From Dimorphilus gyrociliatus (taxonomy: Eukaryota > Animalia > Annelida), in assembly GCA_904063045.1 (NCBI GenBank), contig CAJFCJ010000014.1:434001-498000 (forward strand): 64,000 bases of DNA, written 5' to 3'. The notes beneath the pieces were generated by a model. It was not told where the DNA came from, searched no databases, and saw only the letters and a list, made by a program, of their open reading frames with translations. Shown one piece after another: positions 49,872 to 64,000 of this stretch. The number at the start of each line of letters is the position of its first letter. The stretch's first letter is position 1. Both the position numbers and the translations under genes were made by a program.

Positions 49872-52338
49872 ATGTTCCTAGTCGTCCTTTTGTTAAGCTT
49901 GAAATTTTGTACGGGTATGTAGTCACTTTCTTTTCCCTTTTCTCTTTGTCTGTTCCTAATCTCCTTCTTCCTCCCTTTTTTCCCCCCCTCTTTTCCACAT
50001 CTCCCACCCTTAACCTCCTTTCCTTCTCTACGAATAGTTTTCGTCTTCCTTTTCAGCGACGACTCCATTCCCGTGTAATGGATTGTTCTTTGAAGATTAC
50101 TGTTATATCTTGTCAGAAAAGTTCCTTACGTGGGAAAAGGCTGAGGATGAGTGTAAAAAAACTGGTGGAACTTTAGCTACCGTTCCAACTACAACTATCA
50201 ACAAAAAACTTAAGGATGTACTAATTAAATCTAGCGCTTTAGACGCATCGTGGATCGGTGGTCAAGAAAGGGAATTTCTATGGATGTGGGTAACCGACGG
50301 TTCGCTCTTAGCCGCGCAAGGGTGCTATAAAGATAAACCAAACGATAGAGATTTGAGCGTTGTTGTTGAAATTCCTCTTCTATTACCTTCTAAGTGTATG
50401 TCAAGCTGCAAGGCCAGAGGTTACACTTACGCCGCCGTTCAGGTTTGATTACTTTTTACGTCCTTAAAAAACAAAAAAAAATAACGGTCAATTAAAATCT
50501 TATGTTCAGAATGGAAAAGATTGTTTTTGCGGTAATTCATTCGGCAAACACGGTTTTCAAGCAAATGGATGTAAAAAGTCGTGTTCAGGAAGTATACCAG
50601 GAACGGTTGCTTGGTGCGGTGGCGTCAATCAAAACTTTATTTGGAGAGTAGATGGTATTTATCAATATTTGTCTTTATATAGATTAACTTCTTATTTATA
50701 AATGTATTTTTAAAAGGGAAAGAGAAAATTCCCCTTTACTACATTTATTATGAATATAGATTATATAAGATAATTACCTAACCGTTAATCTTTAATCTCT
50801 CTTACTACATCGCTTGCTTATTTATTTCTCTATCTATCTATCTATCCCTCTACAGGAACCTATTCCCTATTCGGCTACGGTCAACCCAACAACTATAGAG
50901 GTTATCAACATTGCGGAGTGTTTGATACCAAAATTAGTAATAAATTCGCCGATGAAGAATGTAGAAAATTATTGGGATTTATATGCGATATCAGTTAGTA
51001 TACTTTAGGCCTATACTTGTTAAATATTAACATTAAAAATATTTTAAATATTTTTCCCTTTCCAACTAAACTAAGAACATTCTTTTTGTATTTTGAAAAA
51101 GGATTTGAATGGTGCAGAAATTCTCTCGACTATTTTAAGAATGAAACGTCTGGAAGATGCTATTATATAAGTCCCAGTGTTCCTCAACGATATTCTTGGT
51201 ATACGGCTAGACAAAAGTGTATTGATCTTGGGGGTGATCTGGTAAAAGTCGATTCTCTAGACAAACACAACGATATGATAGAATATATCAAAATATCTAG
51301 AGAAAGGGTGGACGACAAGAAAAAGAGAATAGTTCAATATTGGATGGGTATGTCTAAAGGCGGTTGGACTTGGAGCGGAGGTGAACCATTCGGTTTTAAT
51401 AATTGGGGAGATCGTCAACCAGACGACGAAAATCACAAGTGTATTACACTAGATCCATCTCTTGACTACGAGTGGAACGATGAAGATTGTCAAGAGTTAA
51501 GGAGGTTTATCTGTAGATACGGTACGTTAAAAAAAAAAAGAGAGAGAGATAAGAGTCTAATCTCTTAACGAGAACGTAAAATAGTACTTTATCACCTTAT
51601 TTTATATACATGTACTATATTATATTTCTGCTAGACAGTTAAGCATTGTTTAATCTTTATCAAAGGGAAAGGAAAAGTTCCCACACCACCTACTCTACCA
51701 CCAGTTGAAACTTCTACTAGACAAAAAACAACTAAAACTACCCAAATAAAAACTACACCAACAACAATTAAAAAATCTAGCTCAACTTTATTAACAACTC
51801 CTAAGCAAACAACTTATCAAAATACCGTCGAACCGTCCGAAGGAAATCGTATTAAAGATGACGGTCTTAGCAGTCTAGAAATAGGTTTGCTTTGTTTATA
51901 TTTGAATTTTTTTACACAATTAATAATAATCTGTCTTCTACATTGTTTACCTTTATTCAAACAAAACGATTCGTGTTCGTCTATTGTATAGGATTAATCA
52001 TCTTTTTGACGATATTGGCTATATTACTATTTATAGGCCTATTAATCCTATGCTGCTATTGCGCTACTAAAAGAGATAGAAAGTAAGTGTTTATAAATAA
52101 TCTCTAGCTTTTTAAGGATTAAAAACAATTGTTAAATTATAATAGAATTCATCCGAAGACAAAGTCATTTAATGGATTTGACGCAAGAGAAGAAGCCAAA
52201 ATACCTAATTGCGGCAGACCATCGGATTTATTCGTAATTGATCCATATAATATCAATTATCCGGCTGGGCATTCAAAGTATATTAAAGAGTATCCAGTGA
52301 ATCAAATAGACGATCAAACAGTATTAATGAAATATTAA
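49872..52338 (+). CDS. Type I membrane C-type lectin receptor: CTLD with nested WSC domain, second CTLD (QPD/WND), Thr-rich stalk, TM, cytoplasmic tail
   Basis: Signal exon MFLVVLLLSLKFCT|A; all exons join in phase. WSC GCYKD...CMSSCKARGYTYAAVQNGKDCFCG; GQPNN; RQPDD and WNDEDC; TM LIIFLTILAILLFIGLLILCCYC. Confidence 0.85.
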
Positions 52339-52847
52339 TATAATTATTATATGTATATTTGATTATATAATAATTAAATTGTATATTTAAATAAACCGTT
52401 TTGTATTGTTATATATAACGAACTAGTTATACAAGTTATTATACTTCTTTTAGGTTCGGTAAATAAATACAACTTAAACGAGCATACCTATAAAAAGAGA
52501 GATAGAGAGAAAAAAGTAAAGTAGGCGCGATAGGTGTCAATGAATCACGTAGAAAAACAACGACATATGCGTATACACATATTGAATGAGAGGGAAGGAG
52601 AGAGGATAATAGAAAGGGATAAATGGTAGATGATGGAATGAGGGAACGAGAGAAGGGAGGTAAAGAAGGAAAGAAGAGAGAGACAGAGACAGAGAGAGAG
52701 AGAGTCTTATTAACATCTGTAATTTTTGTTCAAGTGATAAAAATATATGTAAATTAACAGGTGTAATACTGTAATAATATATATATATAAACTCTATTCA
52801 TGAGTTATATTGTTTGGGATCCATTTTATTCATATATTATTATAAAT

Positions 52848-55089
52848 ATGAATATATTTTCATCCATAATTCTCTTCGCATTTCTCGTAAGGAAACCCTT
52901 TTCTATATTTAACTTTTACTTCGTTAAAGTCTCTTAATGCTTTCAATCTTTTCCCATTTGATAAAATACTAAAGGGATTGACAATTTGTCATCCATTCGA
53001 AGATTATGTTAACAAAGTAGACCCTGAATATGGTTATAATGAAATTCAAAGATTAGAGGAAGATGATAAGACTATCGTTATTCTCAATCAGACAACTCTA
53101 AGATGGATGGATGGTAAATTATTGATTGTTGTTATTAAACAATTGTACATAAATATATATATATTTATGCCTATAGACACGTTTTCGAATCGTCCTTTGT
53201 GGTACAATTACATTGCTGTTGTTATACCGAAAACAATTAAGGTTAAAGACTCTGCCCTTATGTTTATCGGTTTGGGTAGAAATGATGATCCTGCGCCGGA
53301 TCCCGAAGAAGATATCTTTATCTATGAATTAGGTCAATTCGCAGTTAATACCGGAGCTGTTGCAGGTATTTTATATAATATACCAAATCAACCTATCCGA
53401 TTTCCGGTAGATATTTTAATATAAAACCAATAATTAAGATATAAGTAAAATTTTCTTATGATTCTAATAGGGAGACGAAAAGGATAGAGTTGAAGATGAT
53501 ATTATTTCTAAAACTTGGAGAATTTTTATGGATACACCAAAAGCGGAGAGAAATCCTGAAATGTTACTTAACTTTCCAATGGGAAAAGCTGCAGTTAGAA
53601 GTATGGACACCATAACTGATTTTTGCAAGAATGAAAATAGTGAATTAGACGTTCAAAAGTATTTTTTAACCGGACCAAGCAAGGTAAATGAAATCTAATT
53701 TAAAATATAACTGATACGTTTATGATTGTTCTATTTACTTTTTATTATTCGCTAAAGAGAGGATGGACTGTATATATGGCTGCAGCCGTTGATAGTAGAG
53801 TTTTTGGAATGGCACCAATGTGTATTGGTATTGCCAATATGATACCTGTAAGTTGATTAATTACAATTTATAGGCCTAAACTTTGTTAAAATTATAATAA
53901 TTAACACAGAGTTTAAGAGAGCATCACCGTTCAATCGAAGGTTGGTCCGTCTTCTTTTACGACTATTGGGCGCAAAACCTAACTGCTAGATTAGACAATC
54001 AAGAAACAAAAGATTTAGCTGAAATGGTCGATCCTTACGGTAATAAAAGAACAAAAAATGAAATATGTGTTTACAATTTTGACAAACAAATCGTTAATTA
54101 TTTAATATATACAGTATATATAACTTATTTAAATGCTTTAATTATACCATAACAGAATTTATTGGAAATTATACAATGCCTTCATTCATCGTTACGGCAA
54201 GTAACGATGAGTTCTTTATGTTAGACTCAAACAAGTTCTCTTTCGACAGTTACCCTGGTGTCCATTATCAATGGTAAAGTTTTATAGTTGTATAAGAGAG
54301 AGGTCTATTAATAGATTATTATTATTATTATTATTATTACCAATATAGGGTTGTAGAAAATGCTAATCATTACTTTATTGGTCGATTTGAGAAGGTAAGA
54401 GTTAACTACGAAGGTATATTTACAAAATTGGTATCTGGTACCGAATGGCCAAGATTTACTTCAAGATCAGCCGCCGTAAGTAAAAAAATAATTGAATAGA
54501 ATTTATTTTCTTTTTATCTTCTCTTTCTTCTTATTCAATTAAAAGTAATGTTTTCTTTAAGGATGAAAATAGCGGTTTTATTGAAGTTACAAGTGAAACC
54601 CCTCCAGTAAGAGTTACCGGTTACGCTGCAGTAACAACTCCTCAAACTCCAGGGTAGGAAAGAGAAATATATATTCATTCTATTGTTCCTTTTAAACCTT
54701 TTCTTCGTTTCTTCTCTTTGTAGAAGAGATTTCCGTCAATTTATTAGCGGTGGAATTGGACCAGATGATTTACCCATATTCAATGATATTGAATACGTAG
54801 AAGTTCCTGTTCAAAGTTTGGTATGTATATTATTAAATTATATTGTTTATTTACTTCTAACTAACTGACAATTTCCCACCTTTTTTGTTTGTTTTCTTAA
54901 CAGCCAAACAATAGATATATGCTAAGTTCTCTAAAACCTAGCAGAGGGTATAGAGGAATGTTCATAGAATTGGAATATAATGGTACTGATGGAAAAACTT
55001 TCAGTCTATCTTCTCCACCACTAGTCGTTCCTAACACCTTTACCATTGATCCCTGTTCAGGTGAATCTTGTAGAGGAGTAATCGTTTAA
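52848..55089 (+). CDS. Secreted PqaA / AprA-like alpha/beta-hydrolase-fold protein (PhoPQ-related family)
   Basis: Signal peptide MNIFSSIILFAFL|GLTIC; PFEDYVNKVDP, IPNQP, GPSK|RGW (nucleophile elbow), MVDPY, ASNDEFF, NANH. Confidence 0.85.
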
Positions 55090-55512
55090 ATAATTTAGAG
55101 GCGACATCTATATTTGCAATTGTAACTATTCGTTTACTTGACAATATAAATCGTACCATTTCATTAATAAAACTTCGTTTGAAATATGAATAAAACACTA
55201 GATGGCGTAATTAAGTAGATTTTTTTATTTCGTTCTTTATAAATAAAAGGTTGTTTTGTAAAAGGGATAATGACGTCAGATTACATAACAATTCGATATA
55301 GTTGAAAGGTTAGAGGGAGAGAGAGAGAAAGAAAGAGAAAGAGAAAGAGAGAGAGAAGAAAAATATGTCGAAACTAGCAGATAAATGATAAGACATCTTC
55401 TATATACTTAAAAGATAATAAGGAAAGCACGTAGATTGCTGTATAATACAGAGTGGCGCCAGCAATTAATGCATACGTACACGAAAACTTATATATATTG
55501 GTCTAATACACT

Positions 55513-55546
55513 CACACACACTTACACACACACACACACACACACT
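55513..55546. repeat. (CA)n microsatellite upstream of alpha-tubulin
   Basis: Direct CA dinucleotide run. Confidence 0.9.
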
Positions 55547-55717
55547 TGCATATATTCATACATACACACTTACACTCTCACAGGCTCTCATACACACCCC
55601 ACGTAAAGGGTATTTCGGTCAGACTGCAAATTTCTTTGCAGTAGAGCGCTAAGGCGAAAAAAAAAATTTTTCTTTGTATATTTAGCCTAATTTTTGGAAT
55701 AATATAAAGAAGAGAAA

Positions 55718-57334
<1,617 letters not shown>

Positions 57335-57870
57335 AGCATATAAAAGAGTTGTTCTTTATCTGCTGCACTACTCTGACTGTATAACTTGTGCTATTTTTCG
57401 TTCCTTTTTATATAACGGCTAAAAAGTTTCGTCCTTTTTTTTTATCTATCATTTTTTCTTTCTCTCTATCTCTTTCTTTCTTTCTTTCTTTCTTTCTTTT
57501 TTCCCTTGTCTTATCAAAATTGCAATGTGCTCTTCTGGTATTTGATTCAATTTAGAATTGCATATTAAGACTTTAGCATAGGCCTATTACATGCGAAGTA
57601 AAAAAAATAATAATACCATCTAGCGGATTTTAGAAGAAATAGAATGACGTCATTGAATCTGTTTCCTCTTGGTTTGCAAATAATTACTCGTTAGATATTT
57701 TTTCTGGACTTTTGGCTATTATGGAAGAATATTTTAATTAGTATATTAACGAATTAACTACCGTCCTTTATAAATCGGCCGATTGGCAAATATATTTAGA
57801 GCAAGAAGAGTCTTTTTGAATAAATATTATTTACGAATTTTCGTGCGAGACCTATAAACCGTGCGTAACT

Positions 57871-60800
57871 ATGCTTCGACAACATAAATTGTGTAAAGTG
57901 ATATCTACCTGCTACTCTGGTGATTTTGTAGAAGAGAGAAAAGTAATTAGGGATTCGGTTAGTATAACTTCTATCAATTAAATTAGTAGGTTTATTAATG
58001 ATATTTAATGAGAATTAAGAAATTGCCTAATTACGCAATATCATTCTACAGGTCATGAATAAATTTCGAAATTGGTGCGAATCTAAAGGGGTAAAAGTTC
58101 ATTATTCCGAAATTGTTTGGGTAAGTGTATGGCAAGGTTGCAAAAGGTCATATTTTGGCGAGGGAGAAAGGGATATTTTAAGGGAGTAGAAGGGCAATAC
58201 AAGGATGATGTTATATGAGGATAAGAGAAAGTTTATGGATGTAAATAGAAAGAATATTATACATTTGTATAACATTCATTCATTAATTTATTTATCAATT
58301 AGTTTATTCTTCTATTGTTTATTATCTCATTTAAACATAATATACAATATATAGAGTATGTATGCATATTAATTATATTGTCAATCTTCTCTATAGGGAA
58401 GTAAGAAAAACCCTACAAATTCCGCTAGGCCTATAGGTAAAATTGATCACTCAATAAGTTTATCGGATCTATGCGAATTGGAAAGTATACAAAGGAACGA
58501 CGAGTTCGCCATCTTTCTAAATATATCATCGTAAGAAGAATTTCTCTTCTTTTGTCTAAATTTTTCAAATATAGAATAAGAAAACAAATAGAAAAGAAAC
58601 ATAACAGGGATTATCTTTTTACTAGGTCTACACTTGGATGGTTACCAATACGAAATACAGAACCAAATAGAAGATGTAGAAATAATACATTAAGAGATAG
58701 TTTCTGCCTGTCCGAAAGAGATTTAAACGCCTTATCATCAACGTACGGATCTGAGTCAACTCAAACAGAGAATTGTAAGTATTATATCTTTTATTTTTTT
58801 AACCTAGTTTCACATATTTTCTTTTTATTATTATTTTTTTAAATATATATTTAAATATAGAGTTTTTTTTTTCTCCCCTCTTTATTCAACACTATACAGC
58901 GGTCTTTTTACTAAGAAATGATCAGTTTTTAGCGAATATTACCAGAGGTGAACGATCTTTCTTCCCTGAGGATAATTTAGTTAGCGAAGGTTGTAAAATA
59001 TCTTATTGTCCGGTAAGAAAGACGAACGTTAATTACTTAATATACAGTATGATGTGAGATATCTATAATATTTTCAATAGGGAACATATGTTATTCCTTA
59101 TTCCTATGAAGATGTTAATTACGACGTTGAAAGAGATGATATACACGTTGAACTATCTCCACAATTCTCAGAGCAGGTAATTTATTTATTTATTTCAATA
59201 ATTAATTAGTTAATTATTAATAATTAAATTAAAAATTAATTATCTAGGTATTCAGAACAATTAGAAAGGTTGCCGAAGGAAATTTAAATCAATTAGGCCG
59301 ATGCTATAGCCAATTTTCTTCAATGAACAAAGAAATGCAGAATTATGTTAGTTTAAAATTGTCGGCTGACCTTGTTGGAGAAGCGATTGATATTAATTCC
59401 TTTAAAAAGGTAAGAGAAAAGAATAAAATCTTTTGACCTAAATTACGTACGTTAATTGGTTTGCTTTTTTTTTTTTATTTTTGCAGATTTGGAGTTACTT
59501 AACTGAAAATAAAGAATCTCAGAAATCACCTTTCCTACTTCACGGCGATGAGAAATCGGGAAAAAGTACACTTTTGTTAAATATACTTAAAAAATTACGT
59601 AATACTTTGGTGGAAGATTGTGAAATTCTATCACCATGGAAAGAGTCAGATCTTTTCGTGCATTTCATTGATGGTTTATCCATCCCAACTTCAACTTGTT
59701 TAAAAACTTTCCTTTTAAGAATGATAGAACAGTTAGATCTATTGGAGGCGGTAAGTTTAATAAATTAATTATCATTAATCAATAATATCGGTTAAATTAT
59801 TTATAAAAACAGGGAACTGTCCTACCAAAAGATGTTGCTAGTCTTTCTTACGTCTGCTATAAAGCCTTTTATAAGTATTCATCAAAATCGCGTATTGTTA
59901 TTGTTGATGGTCTTGATAAGGTAAATAAAAATTACCTTTAAAATTATGAATATTCAGCTAATTAAATATGCTAATCATGTTGTTAAATTGTCTTTTCAAA
60001 AAACAAAACATACACAACAAAAAAAACGATACAGTTTGAAAAGAACGTTTCAACTAGATTAGTTAGTTGGTTACCGAAGAAACTACCAAACAACGTTCGC
60101 ATAATTGTATCTTGCTCCACGAATAGTCCTCAATTTAAGACTCTATTGGAAAGAGACGAGAATATAGAACAAAGCCAAGTTGATAAACTTACAGATATTG
60201 CCCAACAAAAGCTGGCTATACAATTAATGCTAAAACGCAATTGGAGATTGCTACCTCAACAAACTGACGAATTAATTGTAACAAACCAAAAAGCTAATCC
60301 AACTTGGTTAGATATTGCTTGTAAACTATTGGCCGATGTTGAAAGCCGGAAGGAGCAATATACTCTAATAGAAAATTTACCATACGATTTAGAAGGGTTT
60401 GTTTGTTTATTTGTTTGCTTCTTTTAATATGCTCTTTTAATTATAATTATAATAATAATTCAATTTTTTATGGTGTGTTTTTTAGGGTCTTGGAGATGTT
60501 GATTGAAAGTTTAGAGGATACTTACGGTGGCATGCTGGTACAAACAATCTTATGTCTGTTAAAGATATCCTTTTCGGGATTAAGTGAAAAAGAATTAAAT
60601 GGTTTGGTAAAAGCTTCCACTAATTATCGTTTACCAAGCCTTTACGAAGAGAAAGGAGATAAAGAAGAATCGGAAAAGAACGAAAAGGAAACTCCAGCTG
60701 AAAATACTTTTAAAAATGTCGATTTAAAGAATATAGATTTGGTTTTAGCGGCTTTAAGGCCATTTATTAGTTTGTCAAAGCATTCTTTCCACTTTTTAGA

Positions 60801-63800
60801 GAGTCCCTGTTTAAAACGGGTTGTACAAAGAAGATATTTAAAATTGGGTAGCGACGCTGATAGCTACGAAGAAAGTGAATTAATGCATCAATTTTGGCAT
60901 TCTGTGCTAGCTGATTACTTCTTAACGACACCTCTACATCGTAAAATAGAAGAGTATATTCCACATCTTATTAAATTAAAAGACAAAGCGCACTTGGCCG
61001 AAGTTCTATCCGATTGGGATGTATTCGATATGTCCAGTGTTGATACTCATTCAGATTTCGTTCGCTATTGGAGAGAGTTGGGAAGTTCAGCGGATTTAGT
61101 ATCCGTTTATCTGTATGGCTATACATTTTTCTGATGTATTAATAAGTAATTAATTAATTAATTATTTTTCTATTTCAGTGATCGTTTACCCAAATTATCC
61201 GAATTTGGTATAACTGAGGAGAACGACTTGAATTTATCTAGGCGCATTAAATTATCTAGACTATTGTCAGTTAATTAGAATAACAACTAAGAATTTTATC
61301 TAATATTATCTTATATAGTCTTAGTAGAGGAGCTTACGATGAAGCTTTGGAGTTAGCTGCAGAGTCGTTGCATTTAGAGGCGACAAAGTATGGTGCTAGA
61401 AGTGAATTTATGGCGGAATTAAATTCTGTAATGACGGATATCAAAGACGAAGTAGGCCTATATTTTATTAATTAATACATTAATTTTTATTAAACACTTT
61501 GATTTTATTTAATAGAATTTAAAGCTCAACGATTTCCTTCAACCGTCTCAAATTACAATGCTCAAGGAAACTGTTCAATATACGAATGCAGCAATAAAAT
61601 ATTTATCATCTCTAAACGGAGAAGATCATATCCTTCATTTGGCTGTAATGCTTATGAAATTAGCATTTGATATGGAATCTTGGGAAGGATGTGGCGGAGA
61701 TGATACAATTAATCCAGCGACAGCTTCAAAAATAGGCAAAGAGTTATTGGAAGTTGCAACAGCAGTATTCATTAAAGTATATATTAGTGTAAATATTTCA
61801 CTGTCCTTTCTTTTATTTGTTATTCTTTCCTCTATCTAGTTGAATAATATCAACTACCTAGCCGAAGCTTATATGACAAAAGGAGTACTTGCAGATAAAA
61901 CAACATCAGACCAGCTATGTGTTAGTTTTTTATTGGCCAATTAATTAGTTTTTTTAATCTACTTCTTTCGCAAAGCGTATTAAATCCCTATTTACTTTCT
62001 ATACAGTACTACGACGAAGCTTTACATTTAACTAAACAGTTCTTAGGAGAACAACACCCGTTAAATGCTAGATTACATACAAATATGGCTATCATCTTTG
62101 AAGATAATAATAATTTCGTCAGAGCATATAAATTCTTCTTGGAATGGGCTAAAATATCTGAACAAGTTTATGGTCCTTCCCATCCAAAAGCTCAAAGAGC
62201 TTTTAAAGTACTTCGTGAGAAGAGGTAATAATTAATTATTAACAAGATCTATTATATTTAATACTATTTATCTATTATTTTAAATCCAAATTAATCCTCT
62301 ATTATTATCAAATAGGTATCAGCAAGTAGCAAAACTGCTTGAACAACAGCAGCAAGATAACCAACGCCAAATAACTGATGAATATATAAATAATAATGTT
62401 AGACTTATCGATGATCTCGGTGAAGACACTGATGAAACTGATGAACTTCATAATGTAAGTTATAATTATTAATTGAATTCTTTTATCCTCTTTCTCATGC
62501 TTCCCATCCCCCTCCCCTCCCCACACGCAAACACCGCCTACTCAAATAATTTTTTATGATCTATTTATTTACCCTTTTTACGCTTTATGCATGAGGGGCT
62601 TAATAAAATAATAATAATAACGAGCTTTATATTTTCTAATACTGAAACATCACTATTATTCTCCTATAGAGACTGCAAACTCTTATGAATGTTTTATCGC
62701 AGTTTCGTTACTGTCCATCTGATTCGCAAAATCCACCTGCTTCCTTAGAAAGTATGAGAAATCGATTAATGTCCATACACGAAGATATTGAAAATCTCCA
62801 GGTAATTATTTAGATTTTCTTCTTTTCCTTCTGTTCATCTCTTATTTTTCTTTTTTTAAGGCGAATCTTCCTAGTGAAAATAGCACTAATATACCGGCTT
62901 TAAGAATGATTGCTTCGCGCTTAAGTGAACTTCAAGAGGCTCATCGCCTTAATATTGAAACGGAAAGGAGGTTGGAATATTTAAGAGAACAACAGGAGCA
63001 GTTACAAAATGAAAGAACTCGACTGCAACAACATAGAGAAGTCCTATTCCAGCAAAGGATCACTTTACGCCAACTACATTATAATTTAGAAGAACTTCAA
63101 ACTGAAGCCGATGACACTTATAACACTTTGCAGAATTTAGAGGACAATTCACCTACGCAGAATACTGAAACTAGTCAAGAACAGGTCGAACCTGTTGTGG
63201 AAGCAACTGAATCGGAAGAGGTTGTCGACGTAGCAACGACCGGCTCGACAATTACGGAAATAGAAAGAATAAAGAATAGAATAGACGGTTTAGTTGGTCG
63301 ACTACGAAATTTAAATGTTAACGTGAACGACGAAGAGGAAGTAGGCCAAGACTCTACTTTGTCTATCTCTCACACTGAGTCAATATCGCCAGCCTCTACG
63401 GTAGGGACAGATGCGATAGTGAATGAGGATAGAGGAGCAACTGCAGCATCTCAAACTAGAGCTAAAGACGTTTGCGAAAGGGCTAAAGAGTTAAGGGAGA
63501 AAATGAATACAATGGCGTCAATAAGAGAGAGAGATATCGAAGAGACGAGGGCAAGTATTGAAAATATCAGACAGAGAATAGACGAAGATGAAAATAGAAT
63601 AAAATTCTTATCGGAACGATTTCCGCTCTTGGAAGACGGAAGCGAAGTCCACCAAGAAGCAACTTTAAGAAGAACCAGAATAGAGAATAATATAGAGTTA
63701 TTGAAGACAAAACAAGAATTAATTACCAAGCTACAAAGCGAAAGAGAGACACTTTTAGCCGATAGTGAAGAAATTGAAAGATCTACGAGTCAGCTAGAAG

Positions 63801-63886
63801 GTTTAAATCAAATATTATTTGATCAGGAATTCCTAAGTGAAGCCTTAGATGGTATGAAAAATCCAGATGAGACTGACGATGGTTAA
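57871..63886 (+). CDS. DUF4062-like / P-loop NTPase (NACHT/STAND-like) / TPR protein with long acidic coiled-coil C-terminus (NPHP3/TTC41/TEP1-type architecture)
   Basis: N-terminal STCYSGDFVEERKVI..KFRNWCESKGVKV; Walker A HGDEKSGKST; Walker B IVIVDGLDK; WLPKKLPNNVRIIVS; TPRs LGEQHPLNARL and VYGPSHP. In-frame splices at 62455, ~62670-62800 and ~62860 link to ORF 62906-63886. Some middle exons were not fully checked. Confidence 0.75.
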
Positions 63887-64000
63887 ATTCATAAAAAAAC
63901 AACAAAATTAAACACCTTTTTAAAGCTTAAAAATACACAAATATTGGCAATTTGTAATTTTACTTTTTTCATAATTTTCTCTTTTATTTAATTATTAAAG

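Overview
AT-rich, very gene-dense animal genomic DNA with short GT-AG introns (mostly about 45-70 bp). It is not prokaryotic, and I found no CRISPR arrays, tRNA/rRNA genes or recognisable transposons. The compactness and gene content suggest a miniaturised invertebrate genome such as the annelid Dimorphilus; this is inference only. I reconstructed 21 protein-coding genes by hand-splicing: SMPDL3-like, AnmK, PPP1R10/PNUTS, CDC23, BAG6, claudin-like, ZUP1, a C-lectin/TSP1/PAN receptor, SMIM12, a PhyH-family dioxygenase, an orphan coiled-coil/RWD-like gene, DCAF15, MTX2, Axin, BAZ1A, anillin, aldolase, a WSC/C-lectin receptor, a PqaA/AprA-like hydrolase, a divergent alpha-tubulin and a DUF4062-NTPase-TPR-coiled-coil gene. 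The main anomaly is the ~4 kb apparently gene-free stretch at 45.8-49.8 kb. It contains a minus-strand TATA box and canonical splice sites but no long ORF. Within about 150 bp it carries sites complementary to miR-8, miR-2 and miR-184, each with seed pairing, a central mismatch and 3' pairing, plus a miR-7 3'-half match. This is the architecture of a multi-miRNA decoy or target-directed miRNA degradation (TDMD) trigger lncRNA. Other highlights are an intron-containing bacterial-type anhydro-MurNAc kinase, a candidate H/ACA snoRNA in a BAZ1A intron, a WSC domain nested inside a C-type lectin domain, and a TCF/Helper Wnt element in Axin intron 1.
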